Below are positions 1-6,364 of a stretch of DNA of 9,732 nucleotides, piece after piece. Position 1 is the first letter of the stretch, and each line of letters starts with the position of its first letter. Source of the stretch: a virus (lineage: Duplodnaviria; Heunggongvirae; Uroviricota; Caudoviricetes); IMG/VR virus record IMGVR_UViG_2671180415_000013; one strand, given 5' to 3'. The translations under genes and the position numbers were made by a program. Below the pieces are notes generated by a model. That model saw only the letters and a program-made list of their open reading frames with translations, made no database searches and had not been told where the DNA came from.

Positions 1-91
1 GCTGTCGTTCTCAAAATCGGTGGAGCTGCATGACAAAGTCATCGGGCATTATCTGAACATAAAACACTATCAATAAGTTGGAGTCATTACC
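1..91 (+). mobile_element. IS1 right-end fragment (3' terminus with right inverted repeat at about 69-91); the window starts inside the element
   Basis: Positions 69-91 (atcaataagttggagtcattacc) match the IS1 right terminal repeat as I recall it, and are an imperfect inverse of the left repeat at 9643-9665. The preceding reading frame ends with the InsB C-terminus. Recognition is from memory, not a search. Confidence 0.8.
2..76 (+). CDS. insB: IS1 transposase InsB, C-terminal fragment (5' end lies outside the window)
   Basis: Frame 2 translates to ...LSFSKSVELHDKVIGHYLNIKHYQ followed by TAA at 74-76, which matches the InsB C-terminus as I remember it. The fragment is too short to appear in the ORF track. 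Confidence 0.7.
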   Translation: MSFSKSVELHDKVIGHYLNIKHYQ

Positions 92-223
92 AAACGGTTG
101 AAATGTATGCCGCTACTTACGGGTCCTGTAATCCTCTGAATAAACCAGAGGGAAAAGATGATTTCGACAAAATTTACCGCTTCTTGGAGGACCGCTATAT
201 CAAAAGCTTAGAGGACGCAGGGA

Positions 224-589
224 TCAAATCCCCAGTGAAGTCACCATTGTCCTGAGAACTTGCAGAACGTCATGATCATAACTTCCATCCAAACCGCGAC
301 GGCGAATTGCTTCTCGTATTACCGGAAGCAGTTCGCTGGAAATCTCGGTGCATATTTCACCTGATAATACGCTTGGCTCAAGTGAGAATATTGGTGAACT
401 TACGGTCTTGGTCTCGACAGTTTCAGAGTCAGTGCCAACATTATAAAGCTCAACGAAAGCGGTCTTGATTTTCCGGGCCAGATCTTTTGCTGGCTCGCTT
501 GCAATATCTTTCCCGATTTCTCGCAGCACAGAATGCAATGTATGAGCTGCTGTTTTCTGTACATCAGACGGTAAATCTTTAAATTCCAT
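224..589 (-). CDS. hypothetical protein (about 121 aa), function unknown
   Basis: ORF track 224..601. The internal ATG at 587-589 (MEFKDLPSDVQ...) is preceded on the minus strand by GAGG with a 6-nt spacer, so I prefer it to the ATG at 601. Its start lies 12 nt past the stop of the upstream small ORF. I recognise no family. Confidence 0.5.
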   Translation of the reverse strand: MEFKDLPSDVQKTAAHTLHSVLREIGKDIASEPAKDLARKIKTAFVELYNVGTDSETVETKTVSSPIFSLEPSVLSGEICTEISSELLPVIREAIRRRGLDGSYDHDVLQVLRTMVTSLGI

Positions 590-600
590 CGTCAGCCTCA

Positions 601-753
601 TCAGTCAGTGTTTCTGGCTAACCAGCAACGCGCGCCAGATTCGGTTTTAAACGTTTTGCTTTTGGTATACGTCATGGCGGTAAACGTTCCATCCTGGTTA
701 GGGAACACGCCGCACACCAGAGATTCGTTGTTGCCAAGATCGATAGTATCCAT
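601..753 (-). CDS. hypothetical small protein (about 50 aa from the internal ATG; the tracked ORF extends to 807)
   Basis: ORF track 601..807. The ATG at 751-753 (MDTIDLGNNES...) is preceded by GAGG with a 5-nt spacer, whereas the ATG at 805-807 has no recognisable SD. The SD-start context (atgaggtcagcATG) closely resembles that of the next gene (atgaggctgacgATG). Short, with no recognised family, so the coding call is weak. Confidence 0.35.
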   Translation of the reverse strand: MDTIDLGNNESLVCGVFPNQDGTFTAMTYTKSKTFKTESGARCWLARNTD

Positions 754-932
754 GCTGACCTCATTTCCCCTTAACGCCGGGGTGGCGGAACAAAAAACCT
801 GCTGCATAGTTAAAGATTGAACCCTGCCGTCATGTTCTTACGCCTCGGGCTGGCTACTTAACCCCTGACCACTGTCTGGTAACTCGAAGTATTGCCCTGC
901 ATTCTGTGGGGCGGGGTGGGTTGACGCCTGAA

Positions 933-977
933 ACAATAGCATCATTATTTTTTTTGATGTAAATAGCATCGCTATTG
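933..977. promoter_or_regulatory. Operator-like palindromes in the intergenic region downstream of the toxin gene (possible OL-like repressor sites)
   Basis: 961-977 AAATAGCatcGCTATTG is an inverted repeat with 6-bp arms and a 3-bp spacer. 933-949 ACAATAGCatcATTATT is a degenerate copy. Both resemble the perfect palindrome AAATAGTatcACTATTT at 2072-2088 in the repressor/cro intergenic region. Confidence 0.4.
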
Positions 978-990
978 TTTTTTGTTGGGG

Positions 991-1016
991 CAAGAAAAAA
1001 CCACCCTAAGGTGGTT
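991..1016 (-). terminator. Rho-independent terminator for the leftward repressor-antitoxin-toxin operon
   Basis: On the minus strand the stem AACCACC / GGTGGTT (plus coordinates 999-1016, 4-nt loop) is followed by TTTTCTTG. It lies 17 nt beyond the parE-like stop at 1033. The plus-strand reading of the same hairpin has no T-tract. Confidence 0.5.
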
Positions 1017-1032
1017 CTGTCGGCGGGAATAA

Positions 1033-1323
1033 TTAACTGTTTTTGCCTGGATACTGTCTTCGAGAATGCACAATATTTACTACTTCTATGCTTGATGCTG
1101 TTACTCGGTAAAGGATGATGTAGTTAGGATGAGTTACAATTTCACGAAGACCAAGAACTCGCTCGCTTGGAGGATACAGGTAAGGATGCTCTGTGAGCGG
1201 CAAAACGGATGTTTCAATTCGAATTTTCATTCTGCGTGCTGCCGCGGGATTTTCTTTAGCTATGTAGGCTACGATCTGGCGCAAATCATCACGAGCAGAT
1301 GGTAGCCATAAAACGGGTAACAT
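1033..1323 (-). CDS. parE: Type II toxin-antitoxin toxin, ParE/RelE family (96 aa)
   Basis: Translation MLPVLWLPSARDDLRQIVAYIAKENPAAARRM...LREIVTHPNYIILYRV...IEVVNIVHSRRQYP has the size and conserved pattern of ParE toxins. Its ATG (1321-1323) overlaps the stop of the upstream antitoxin ORF by 1 nt (TAATG). Confidence 0.85.
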   Translation of the reverse strand: MLPVLWLPSARDDLRQIVAYIAKENPAAARRMKIRIETSVLPLTEHPYLYPPSERVLGLREIVTHPNYIILYRVTASSIEVVNIVHSRRQYPGKNS

Positions 1324-1517
1324 TATTCACCTCTGTGAGTTGCAGCAGCAATTTGGGCAATAATTTGTTCCATTTCCGCCATTACCTCATCATGCGGAAT
1401 CGCCGGGCGGGGATCCGCGAGGCTTGCTGCTACTTTGGCCCGCAGCCATTCGTTGTAACTATTTTCTTGCTCAACTGTCTCAAATTCTGAAACCATTGGG
1501 GAAAGGACTGTACTCAT
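1323..1517 (-). CDS. paaA: Antitoxin, PaaA2-like small acidic antitoxin partner of ParE (64 aa)
   Basis: The 64-aa product MSTVLSPMVSEFETVEQENSYNEWLRAKVAASLADPRPAIPHDEVMAEMEQII... sits immediately upstream of, and is translationally coupled to, the ParE gene. SD GAGGAG lies 9 nt upstream of the ATG. It resembles the PaaA2 antitoxin of E. coli O157 prophage paaR-paaA-parE modules as I recall them. Confidence 0.7.
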   Translation of the reverse strand: MSTVLSPMVSEFETVEQENSYNEWLRAKVAASLADPRPAIPHDEVMAEMEQIIAQIAAATHRGE

Positions 1518-1536
1518 TTTACATATCTCCTCTGAT

Positions 1537-2037
1537 TTAGGCGCGACGGCCTTTTTGTGCAGCTAACCACCGCGCAACCGTACGATCCATTGATTCTTTT
1601 TTATCTTTCATCTCCTGAAGCATGTGTTCTTGATCTTCTTTCGGAAAAGCTCTGAACGTATGGATTAAATCTCGTTCCATCGGCTCTACGGCAAACGGTA
1701 GTTCATCCTCTGTTTGTTCTGTGTCTGCTGGTAATGCGACTATGTTATCTTGCTGTGGTTCTCGACAATACATCCTTGCAATTTGCAGCAAATCTACCAT
1801 GTCTGGCCTGATTGACTCAGGGGGAACTTTCAGTAAGCCAGCAAACTTTAGAACAGCCTCAAGGTTTAGTGGGGTTTGACCATTTAGGTAGTGACTTACC
1901 GCCCCTTGTGTTGAAAACCCCATAATTTCCGCCGCACGTTCCTGAGTCAATCCCAACTGAGATTTCTTTGCCATCCAGATTTCTTTCAGTCTTCTGGCGG
2001 CGTTGAGGTCGGTGTCTGACAATGATTTTCTTTTCAT
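1537..2037 (-). CDS. paaR: Prophage repressor with a lambda cI-like N-terminal HTH domain and no LexA/S24 peptidase domain (PaaR2-like), about 166 aa
   Basis: The N-terminus MKRKSLSDTDLNAARRLKEIWMAKKSQLGLTQERAAEIMGFSTQGAVSHYLNGQ... aligns by eye with the lambda cI N-terminus (...[47 protein letters not shown]...). The C-terminal ~85 aa are acidic and too short for an S24 domain. The tracked ORF extends to a GTG at 2067; I prefer the ATG at 2035-2037 from the cI alignment, but the start is uncertain. It is first in the operon with the antitoxin and toxin. Confidence 0.8.
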   Translation of the reverse strand: MKRKSLSDTDLNAARRLKEIWMAKKSQLGLTQERAAEIMGFSTQGAVSHYLNGQTPLNLEAVLKFAGLLKVPPESIRPDMVDLLQIARMYCREPQQDNIVALPADTEQTEDELPFAVEPMERDLIHTFRAFPKEDQEHMLQEMKDKKESMDRTVARWLAAQKGRRA

Positions 2038-2148
2038 ACATCCAATTCTAATAAGATTGCTAATCACTTTGAAATAGTATCACTATTTACTTTTAAAAAT
2101 AACAGTGCTATTAATTATGCATTGGTAACACATCACATAGGGCGGATT
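2038..2148. promoter_or_regulatory. Divergent immunity control region (PRM/PR-like) with operator palindromes
   Basis: Perfect 17-bp palindrome AAATAGTatcACTATTT at 2072-2088, and a related degenerate site at 2097-2115. A candidate rightward promoter is TTTACT (2086-2091), 17-nt spacer, TATTAA (2109-2114), overlapped by both sites. It lies between the leftward repressor gene and the rightward cro-like gene. Confidence 0.6.
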
Positions 2149-2412
2149 ATGAATCTTGGAGAATATTTGCATCATTTTCATATAACCCAGAGTTCATTTG
2201 CTGAGATTGTTGGCGCATCCCAAGGGATGGTCAGCCACGTTATAACGGGGCGTGCAAAACTTACAGGAGAAAAAATATTACGTTGGTGTGAAGCAACGGG
2301 ATGGGTGGTGACCCCACATGAGATTGACAGTAAAACCTACCCCAACCCAACTGACGGCTTGCCTGCTGAGTTTCAGGCTAACACACAACCATCGGCGGGG
2401 GTTGATTCATGA
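2149..2412 (+). CDS. Cro-like HTH regulator (YdaS-like), about 87 aa
   Basis: MNLGEYLHHFHITQSSFAEIVGASQGMVSHVITGRAKLTGEKI... is a small HTH protein transcribed divergently from the repressor. The tracked ORF starts at a TTG at 2122; I prefer the ATG at 2149, preceded by agggcgg. Its TGA stop overlaps the ATG of the next gene (ATGA at 2409-2412). Confidence 0.7.
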   Translation: MNLGEYLHHFHITQSSFAEIVGASQGMVSHVITGRAKLTGEKILRWCEATGWVVTPHEIDSKTYPNPTDGLPAEFQANTQPSAGVDS

Positions 2413-2834
2413 AAATCAAGCATGAACACATCCGCATGGCGATGAAAGCCTGGGCGCATCCGGACGGTGAAAAAGTTCCGGCAGCTGAAATAACCAGGGT
2501 TTATTTCGAACTGGGAATGACGTTTCCGGTTCTGCATAACGACAGCAAGCACAACACGCTTTATCTCAACACCCAAAAGATTTTCCGTTGGCTGGATAAA
2601 GACACCCCTGACGCTGTTGAAAAAATTCAGGCGTTGTTACCTGCGATCGAAAGGGCAATGCCACCTCCGCTGGTGGCTCGAATGCGCAGCCACAGTTCAG
2701 CTTATTTTCGGGAACTGGTGGAGACGCATGAACGACTGGTGAGAGACGCTGATGATTTTGTCGCAGTGGCAATCGCCGGTTTCAATCAGATGAACCGTGG
2801 TGGCCCGGCAGGAAATGCTGTGGCAGTACATTGA
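2409..2834 (+). CDS. YdaT-like protein (CII functional analogue in Rac-type prophages), 141 aa
   Basis: The N-terminus MKIKHEHI... and the ~140-aa size match my recollection of Rac YdaT. It sits directly after the cro-like gene with an ATGA overlap. Family assignment is from memory. Confidence 0.65.
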   Translation: MKIKHEHIRMAMKAWAHPDGEKVPAAEITRVYFELGMTFPVLHNDSKHNTLYLNTQKIFRWLDKDTPDAVEKIQALLPAIERAMPPPLVARMRSHSSAYFRELVETHERLVRDADDFVAVAIAGFNQMNRGGPAGNAVAVH

Positions 2835-2905
2835 CTGACAATAGCCATATCGAATCGCTCCCGGCAACTCGTGAGTAAAAAGATTCGGTATCAGAAGAGG
2901 TGAGT

Positions 2906-3970
2906 ATGGCTAACGCCTGGCTCAGATTATGGCATGACATGCCAAATGACCCTAAGTGGCGAACAATTGCCAGGGTGTCAGGGCAGCCAATTGCAACAGT
3001 GATGGCAGTGTATATCCACCTCCTGGTGAGCGCGTCACGAAATGTCACGCGAGGTCACATTGATGTCACGACAGAAGATTTGGCAAGTGCGCTCGACGTG
3101 ACAGAAGAGGTAATTGATTCAATTTTGCAGACGATGCAGGGGCGGGTACTTGATGGTGATTTAATCACTGGATGGGAAAAACGCCAGGTGCTTAAAGAGG
3201 ACAACGGCAATATTTCGCAAACCGCAAAATCTCCTGCAGAGCGCAAGAGGGCGCAGCGAGAGAGGGAAAGAAAGCGGGAACAAAATGGCGATTGTCACGG
3301 CGCGTCACGAAATGTCACGCACATGTCACGACGAGTCACGACAGATACAGATAAAGATACAGATAAAGAAGATCAAAACACTATGGTCCATGGCGTAAAA
3401 AACGCCACGAACCAGGCAGGGGATGTTCAGACCGTCAATCCTGGTCAGCCAGCAGGCTCGACACCGGAAGCCGATTCAGCGTATGCGCTGAAAGCCGATT
3501 CGGGCGCTGTGCAGCAGGTGATGACCGCAAGGCCGGAGCAATCACTCCAACTGCAGCAGCCTGAAGCCGATTCCGCCATTCAGCGGGAAGCCGATCGGGT
3601 AGCCCCGGAAAACACCGGGCAGCCTGTGGGACGAGTGGATTATCCGGATGTGTTCGAACAGGTCTGGCGGGAATACCCGTTGCGTGCCGGGGCAAACCCG
3701 AAGAAATCCGCATTCAGTGCCTGGAAGGCCAGATTGCGCGAGGGGGTGCCACCAGAGACCATGCTGGATGGTGTGAGGCGTTACGCGAGATACCTGGCGG
3801 CGACCGGGAAAGCGGGAACGGAATTTGTTCAGCGAGCGACGACGTTTTTTGGGCCGGACCGGAATTTTGAAAACCCCTGGTTGCTCCCGGTAAGCGGCAC
3901 GAACAACCAGCGTTGTGTGAATCATATTTCTGAACCGGATACCGAAATTCCGCCGGGATTCAGGGGGTGA
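2906..3970 (+). CDS. Phage replication initiator (lambda O-like / replisome organiser) with internal origin iterons, about 354 aa
   Basis: The N-terminus MANAWLRLWHDMPNDPKWRTIARVSGQPIATVMAVYIHLL is typical of enterobacterial prophage replication proteins. The gene contains the phased GTCACG repeats and lies immediately upstream of the DnaC-like gene. SD AGAGG precedes the ATG at 2906; the tracked ORF begins at a GTG at 2900. Confidence 0.7.
   Translation: MANAWLRLWHDMPNDPKWRTIARVSGQPIATVMAVYIHLLVSASRNVTRGHIDVTTEDLASALDVTEEVIDSILQTMQGRVLDGDLITGWEKRQVLKEDNGNISQTAKSPAERKRAQRERERKREQNGDCHGASRNVTHMSRRVTTDTDKDTDKEDQNTMVHGVKNATNQAGDVQTVNPGQPAGSTPEADSAYALKADSGAVQQVMTARPEQSLQLQQPEADSAIQREADRVAPENTGQPVGRVDYPDVFEQVWREYPLRAGANPKKSAFSAWKARLREGVPPETMLDGVRRYARYLAATGKAGTEFVQRATTFFGPDRNFENPWLLPVSGTNNQRCVNHISEPDTEIPPGFRG
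3031..3070. repeat. Iteron cluster 1 (four GTCACG/GTCACA hexamers at about 10-11-bp phasing), putative origin element
   Basis: GTCACG at 3033, 3043 and 3065, and GTCACA at 3054. The 20-mer cgcgtcacgaaatgtcacgc at 3031-3050 is repeated exactly at 3301-3320. Confidence 0.6.
3291..3367. repeat. Iteron cluster 2 (five GTCACG hexamers at 9-11-bp phasing) followed by an AT-rich tandem 12-mer; putative ori core
   Basis: GTCACG at 3294, 3303, 3313, 3324 and 3334. The 12-mer gatacagataaa is tandemly duplicated at 3344-3355 and 3356-3367, giving an AT-rich stretch next to the iterons, as in lambda ori within the O gene. Confidence 0.6.
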
Positions 3971-3976
3971 TGTGGC

Positions 3977-4725
3977 ATGAAAAACATTGCGGCAGCCGGG
4001 GTTCTTGAACGTATTCACAGNNNNNNNNNNNNNNNNNNNNNNNNNNNNNNNNNNNNNNNNNNNNNNNNNNNNNNNNNNNNNNNNNNNNNNNNNNNNNNNN
4101 NNNNNNNNNNNNNNNNNNNNNNNNNNNNNNNNNNNNNNNNNNNNNNNNNNNNNNNNNNNNNNNNNNNNNNNNNNNNNNNNNNNNNNNNNNNNNNNNNNNN
4201 NNNNNNNNNNNNNNNNNNNNNNNNNNNNNNNNNNNNNNNNNNNNNNNNNNNNNNNNNNNNNNNNNNNNNNNNNNNNNNNNNNNNNNNNNTGTGTTCAGCG
4301 GTAAAACCGGCACCGGGAAAAATCACCTTGCAGCGGCGATGGGTAACCGGCTGATGGCGAAGGGGCGCAGCGTGATTATCGTCACCGAGTCTGATGTCAT
4401 GAGCGTGTTGCATGACAGCTACGACAACGGCAAATCCGGTGAAAAATTTTTACAGGAGCTTTGCGGGGTTGATTTGCTGGTCCTGGATGAAATAGGCATT
4501 CAGCGGGAGACGAAAAACGAGCAGGTGGTATTGCACCAGATAATTGATCGCCGGACAGCATCACTGTGCAGTGTCGGGATGTTAACAAACCTGAATCATG
4601 CCGCAATGAGCACGCTTCTTGGTGAGAGGATTATGGACCGCATGACCATGAACGGTTGTCGGTGGGTGACGTTTAACTGGGATAGCTGGCGTTCAAATGT
4701 CAGCTTTCCGGGAGTTGTGAAGTAA
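3977..4725 (+). CDS. dnaC: DnaC-like helicase loader (AAA+ ATPase), interrupted by an N-run
   Basis: The N-terminus starts MKN like E. coli DnaC. After the gap, FSGKTGTGKNHLAAAMGNRLMAKGRSV...LLVLDEIGIQRETKNEQVVLHQIIDRR...GMLTNLNHAAMSTLLGERIMDRM...WVTFNWDSWRS closely matches DnaC Walker A/B and C-terminal motifs as I recall them. SD GGGGGTGAT precedes the ATG at 3977, and the O-like stop is at 3968-3970. The two sides of the gap are in different frames, so the N-run length is not the true length. Confidence 0.85.
4021..4289. other. Run of 269 N (assembly gap or masked segment) inside the DnaC-like gene
   Basis: Literal n characters in the sequence. Confidence 0.99.
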
Positions 4726-4746
4726 TTTTTGTTGGAGGATGTTTTA

Positions 4747-5472
4747 ATGGAAACTGTATTTGACGCACTGAAAGCACTGAAAAGAGCCTCTTCACATGTG
4801 GTGGCGTCCCGCCTTGGAATCAGCCGTGAAGATGCGGTCAACGAACTGTGGAAACTGAAGCGCCGTGGTGAAGCGGATAACAAGGGTTCGATGTGGTGGC
4901 TGATTCAGGCTGGTGAAAGTGAACCAGTGTCACCGGTACCGAAAGTGACAGCGCAAATGCTGACTGAGGCGATTGAACAACATGGCCCACAAACGGCGGA
5001 TGAGCTGGCACTGATGTTCGGGATTACCTCCCGCCGGGCGAATTCATCGCTGGCCATGGCAATCAGCAAAGGGCGTCTGATTCGCGTGAATCAGGGCGGT
5101 AAATTTCGGTACTGCATACCGGGCGCTGATTTACCGGCAGAGCCGAAAGCCGCATCCATAGCGGAAACGGATGGTAAAGTCTTTCCTCAGCCAGCAGGTG
5201 TTGCGTTACCGGTACAGGAAGCTGCAACACAGGAAGAAATTAAAACAGAAACTGTGGCGGACATTGTGCAGTCGTTGCCATCGTTCACCGAAACGCAAGC
5301 GGATGACCTGGTTTTACCATCGCTGCATATGGCAAACCGCGAACTGCGTCGGGCGAAAAGTCATGTCCAGAAGTGGGAGCGTGTCTGCGCCGCGTTGCGG
5401 GAGCTGAACAAGCACCGGGATATTGTTCGACAGATTGTCGATTCCTCCGGTCGTATTGTGTCGGAAAAGTGA
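4747..5472 (+). CDS. hypothetical protein with two tandem helix-turn-helix-like modules and a C-terminal charged/helical tail (about 241 aa)
   Basis: ORF track 4729..5472. I prefer the ATG at 4747, with GGAGGAT 8 nt upstream. Two similar segments (...[23 protein letters not shown]... and ...[29 protein letters not shown]...) suggest duplicated DNA-binding modules. Family not recognised. Confidence 0.55.
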   Translation: METVFDALKALKRASSHVVASRLGISREDAVNELWKLKRRGEADNKGSMWWLIQAGESEPVSPVPKVTAQMLTEAIEQHGPQTADELALMFGITSRRANSSLAMAISKGRLIRVNQGGKFRYCIPGADLPAEPKAASIAETDGKVFPQPAGVALPVQEAATQEEIKTETVADIVQSLPSFTETQADDLVLPSLHMANRELRRAKSHVQKWERVCAALRELNKHRDIVRQIVDSSGRIVSEK

Positions 5473-5487
5473 TTGCCGGGGGCGCTT

Positions 5488-5892
5488 ATGGCAAAAGTAT
5501 TTACACAGGAAGAGCGGGAAAAAATTAAGGGGCAGGTTGTTGAACTCGTACGCCAGAGTGGGCGCGAGACGTTACGACAACTGGAAGCTAAAANNNNNNN
5601 NNNNNNNNNNNNNNNNNNNNNNNNNNNNNNNNNNNNNNNNNNNNNNNNNNNNNNNNNNNNNNNNNNNNNNNNNNNNNNNNNNNNNNNNNNNNNNNNNNNN
5701 NNNNNNNNNNNNNNNNNNNNNNNNNNNNNNNNNNNNNNNNNNNNNNNNNNNNNNNNNNNNNNNNNNNNNNNNNNNNNNNNNNNNNNNNNNNNNNNNNNNN
5801 NNNNNNNNNNNNNNNNNNNNNNNNNNNNNNNNNNNNNNNNNNNNNNNNNNNNNNNNNNNNNNNNNNNNNNNNNNNNAGTGCCGGAAGAGTGA
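5488..5892 (+). CDS. hypothetical protein whose interior is lost in an N-run (N-terminus MAKVFTQEEREKIKGQVVELVRQSGRETLRQLEAK...)
   Basis: ATG at 5488 follows a G-rich stretch. The frame appears continuous across the N-run to a TGA at 5890-5892 only if the N-run length is exact, which is unknown. Product unknown. Confidence 0.35.
   Translation: MAKVFTQEEREKIKGQVVELVRQSGRETLRQLEAKXXXXXXXXXXXXXXXXXXXXXXXXXXXXXXXXXXXXXXXXXXXXXXXXXXXXXXXXXXXXXXXXXXXXXXXXXXXXXXXXXXXXXXXXXXXXXXXVPEE
5594..5876. other. Run of 283 N (assembly gap or masked segment)
   Basis: Literal n characters in the sequence. Confidence 0.99.
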
Positions 5893-6007
5893 AGTTATGC
5901 AGCGTGTACCGGCTTTCTATCAGGGTGATTTTCAGGAGGCGGTACTGTGAGTGAAATTAGCTATCAGGCTTCAATTACCGCTGGCATTCGCATCAAAGGA
6001 GAGGAGC

Positions 6008-6364
6008 ATGGAAATAAAACCAGAAGATGAGTTAAGCAATATTGTTTTATTTCCGGTAAAAGAGGATAACCCTCGTAATCAGGTTAATTTTCTTTATGAG
6101 CCATCGGAAAGACCATATTGCCATCACGCTTCTGTCCGGGTTGACGAAAAAGAGCGTCAGGTCCGCTGTAAAATTTGCGGTGCAGTTGTGGAGCCATTTG
6201 ACTGGATGCTCTCTGTGGCGAAAAGAGAAACCAGACTGGCAGATGATGTAAGGCTCTTGCGCCAGGAGGAGCGGGAAAGGCGAAAAAATATAGAAAAGCT
6301 AATCCAGATTGAGCGTAATGCGAAAGCGCGGATACGCAGGGTGACAAAATATAGCCCCGAATAA
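6008..6364 (+). CDS. hypothetical small protein with a putative zinc-ribbon (C-x-HH ... C-x2-C) and a basic coiled-coil C-terminus (about 118 aa)
   Basis: Strong SD AAAGGAGAGGAGC lies immediately upstream of the ATG at 6008; the tracked ORF starts at a GTG at 5951. Motif PYCHHASVRVDEKERQVRCKICG, then an R/E/K-rich helical tail. Family not recognised. Confidence 0.55.
   Translation: MEIKPEDELSNIVLFPVKEDNPRNQVNFLYEPSERPYCHHASVRVDEKERQVRCKICGAVVEPFDWMLSVAKRETRLADDVRLLRQEERERRKNIEKLIQIERNAKARIRRVTKYSPE

Noticed and set aside
608-820. 70-aa plus-strand ORF
   Set aside because: It lies antisense to the small leftward ORFs, has no SD, and no recognisable domain. Most likely a shadow ORF.
921-950. 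Plus-strand promoter-like TTGACG (921-926) with a 16-17-nt spacer to CATTAT
   Set aside because: It would drive transcription antisense into the toxin operon terminator and genes, and the -10 element is weak. I kept it only as part of the operator-like region.
1299-1490. 63-aa plus-strand ORF inside the antitoxin gene
   Set aside because: It is antisense to a well-supported, translationally coupled antitoxin-toxin pair, and its Cys-rich, low-complexity product looks like a frame artefact.
1859-2041. 60-aa minus-strand ORF in an alternative frame of the repressor gene
   Set aside because: It is fully nested in the repressor gene in another frame, and the repressor frame carries the cI-like HTH.
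2373-3246. Minus-strand ORFs (2373..2576, 2566..2772, 2782..3048, 3055..3246) opposite the YdaT-like and replication initiator genes
   Set aside because: All are antisense to genes with clear family features and coupled starts. No SDs were seen.
3435-4018. Minus-strand ORFs 3435..3713 and 3542..4018
   Set aside because: They are antisense to the replication initiator gene in a GC-rich region, where long spurious ORFs are expected.
3960-4413. ORFs containing long X runs (3960..4313, 3977..4354, 3987..4304, 4015..4413)
   Set aside because: These are artefacts of translating through the N-run. Only the flanking DnaC-like segments are real.
4397-4883. Minus-strand ORFs 4397..4606 and 4596..4883
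   Set aside because: They are antisense to the DnaC-like gene and the HTH-module gene, with no supporting signals.
5171-5950. Plus-strand alternative-frame ORFs 5171..5407 and 5423..5950
   Set aside because: The first is nested out of frame in the 4747..5472 gene. The second exists only by reading through the N-run. Its tail contains a 17-codon ORF (5897..5950, MQRVPAFYQGDFQEAVL) that is too short to call.
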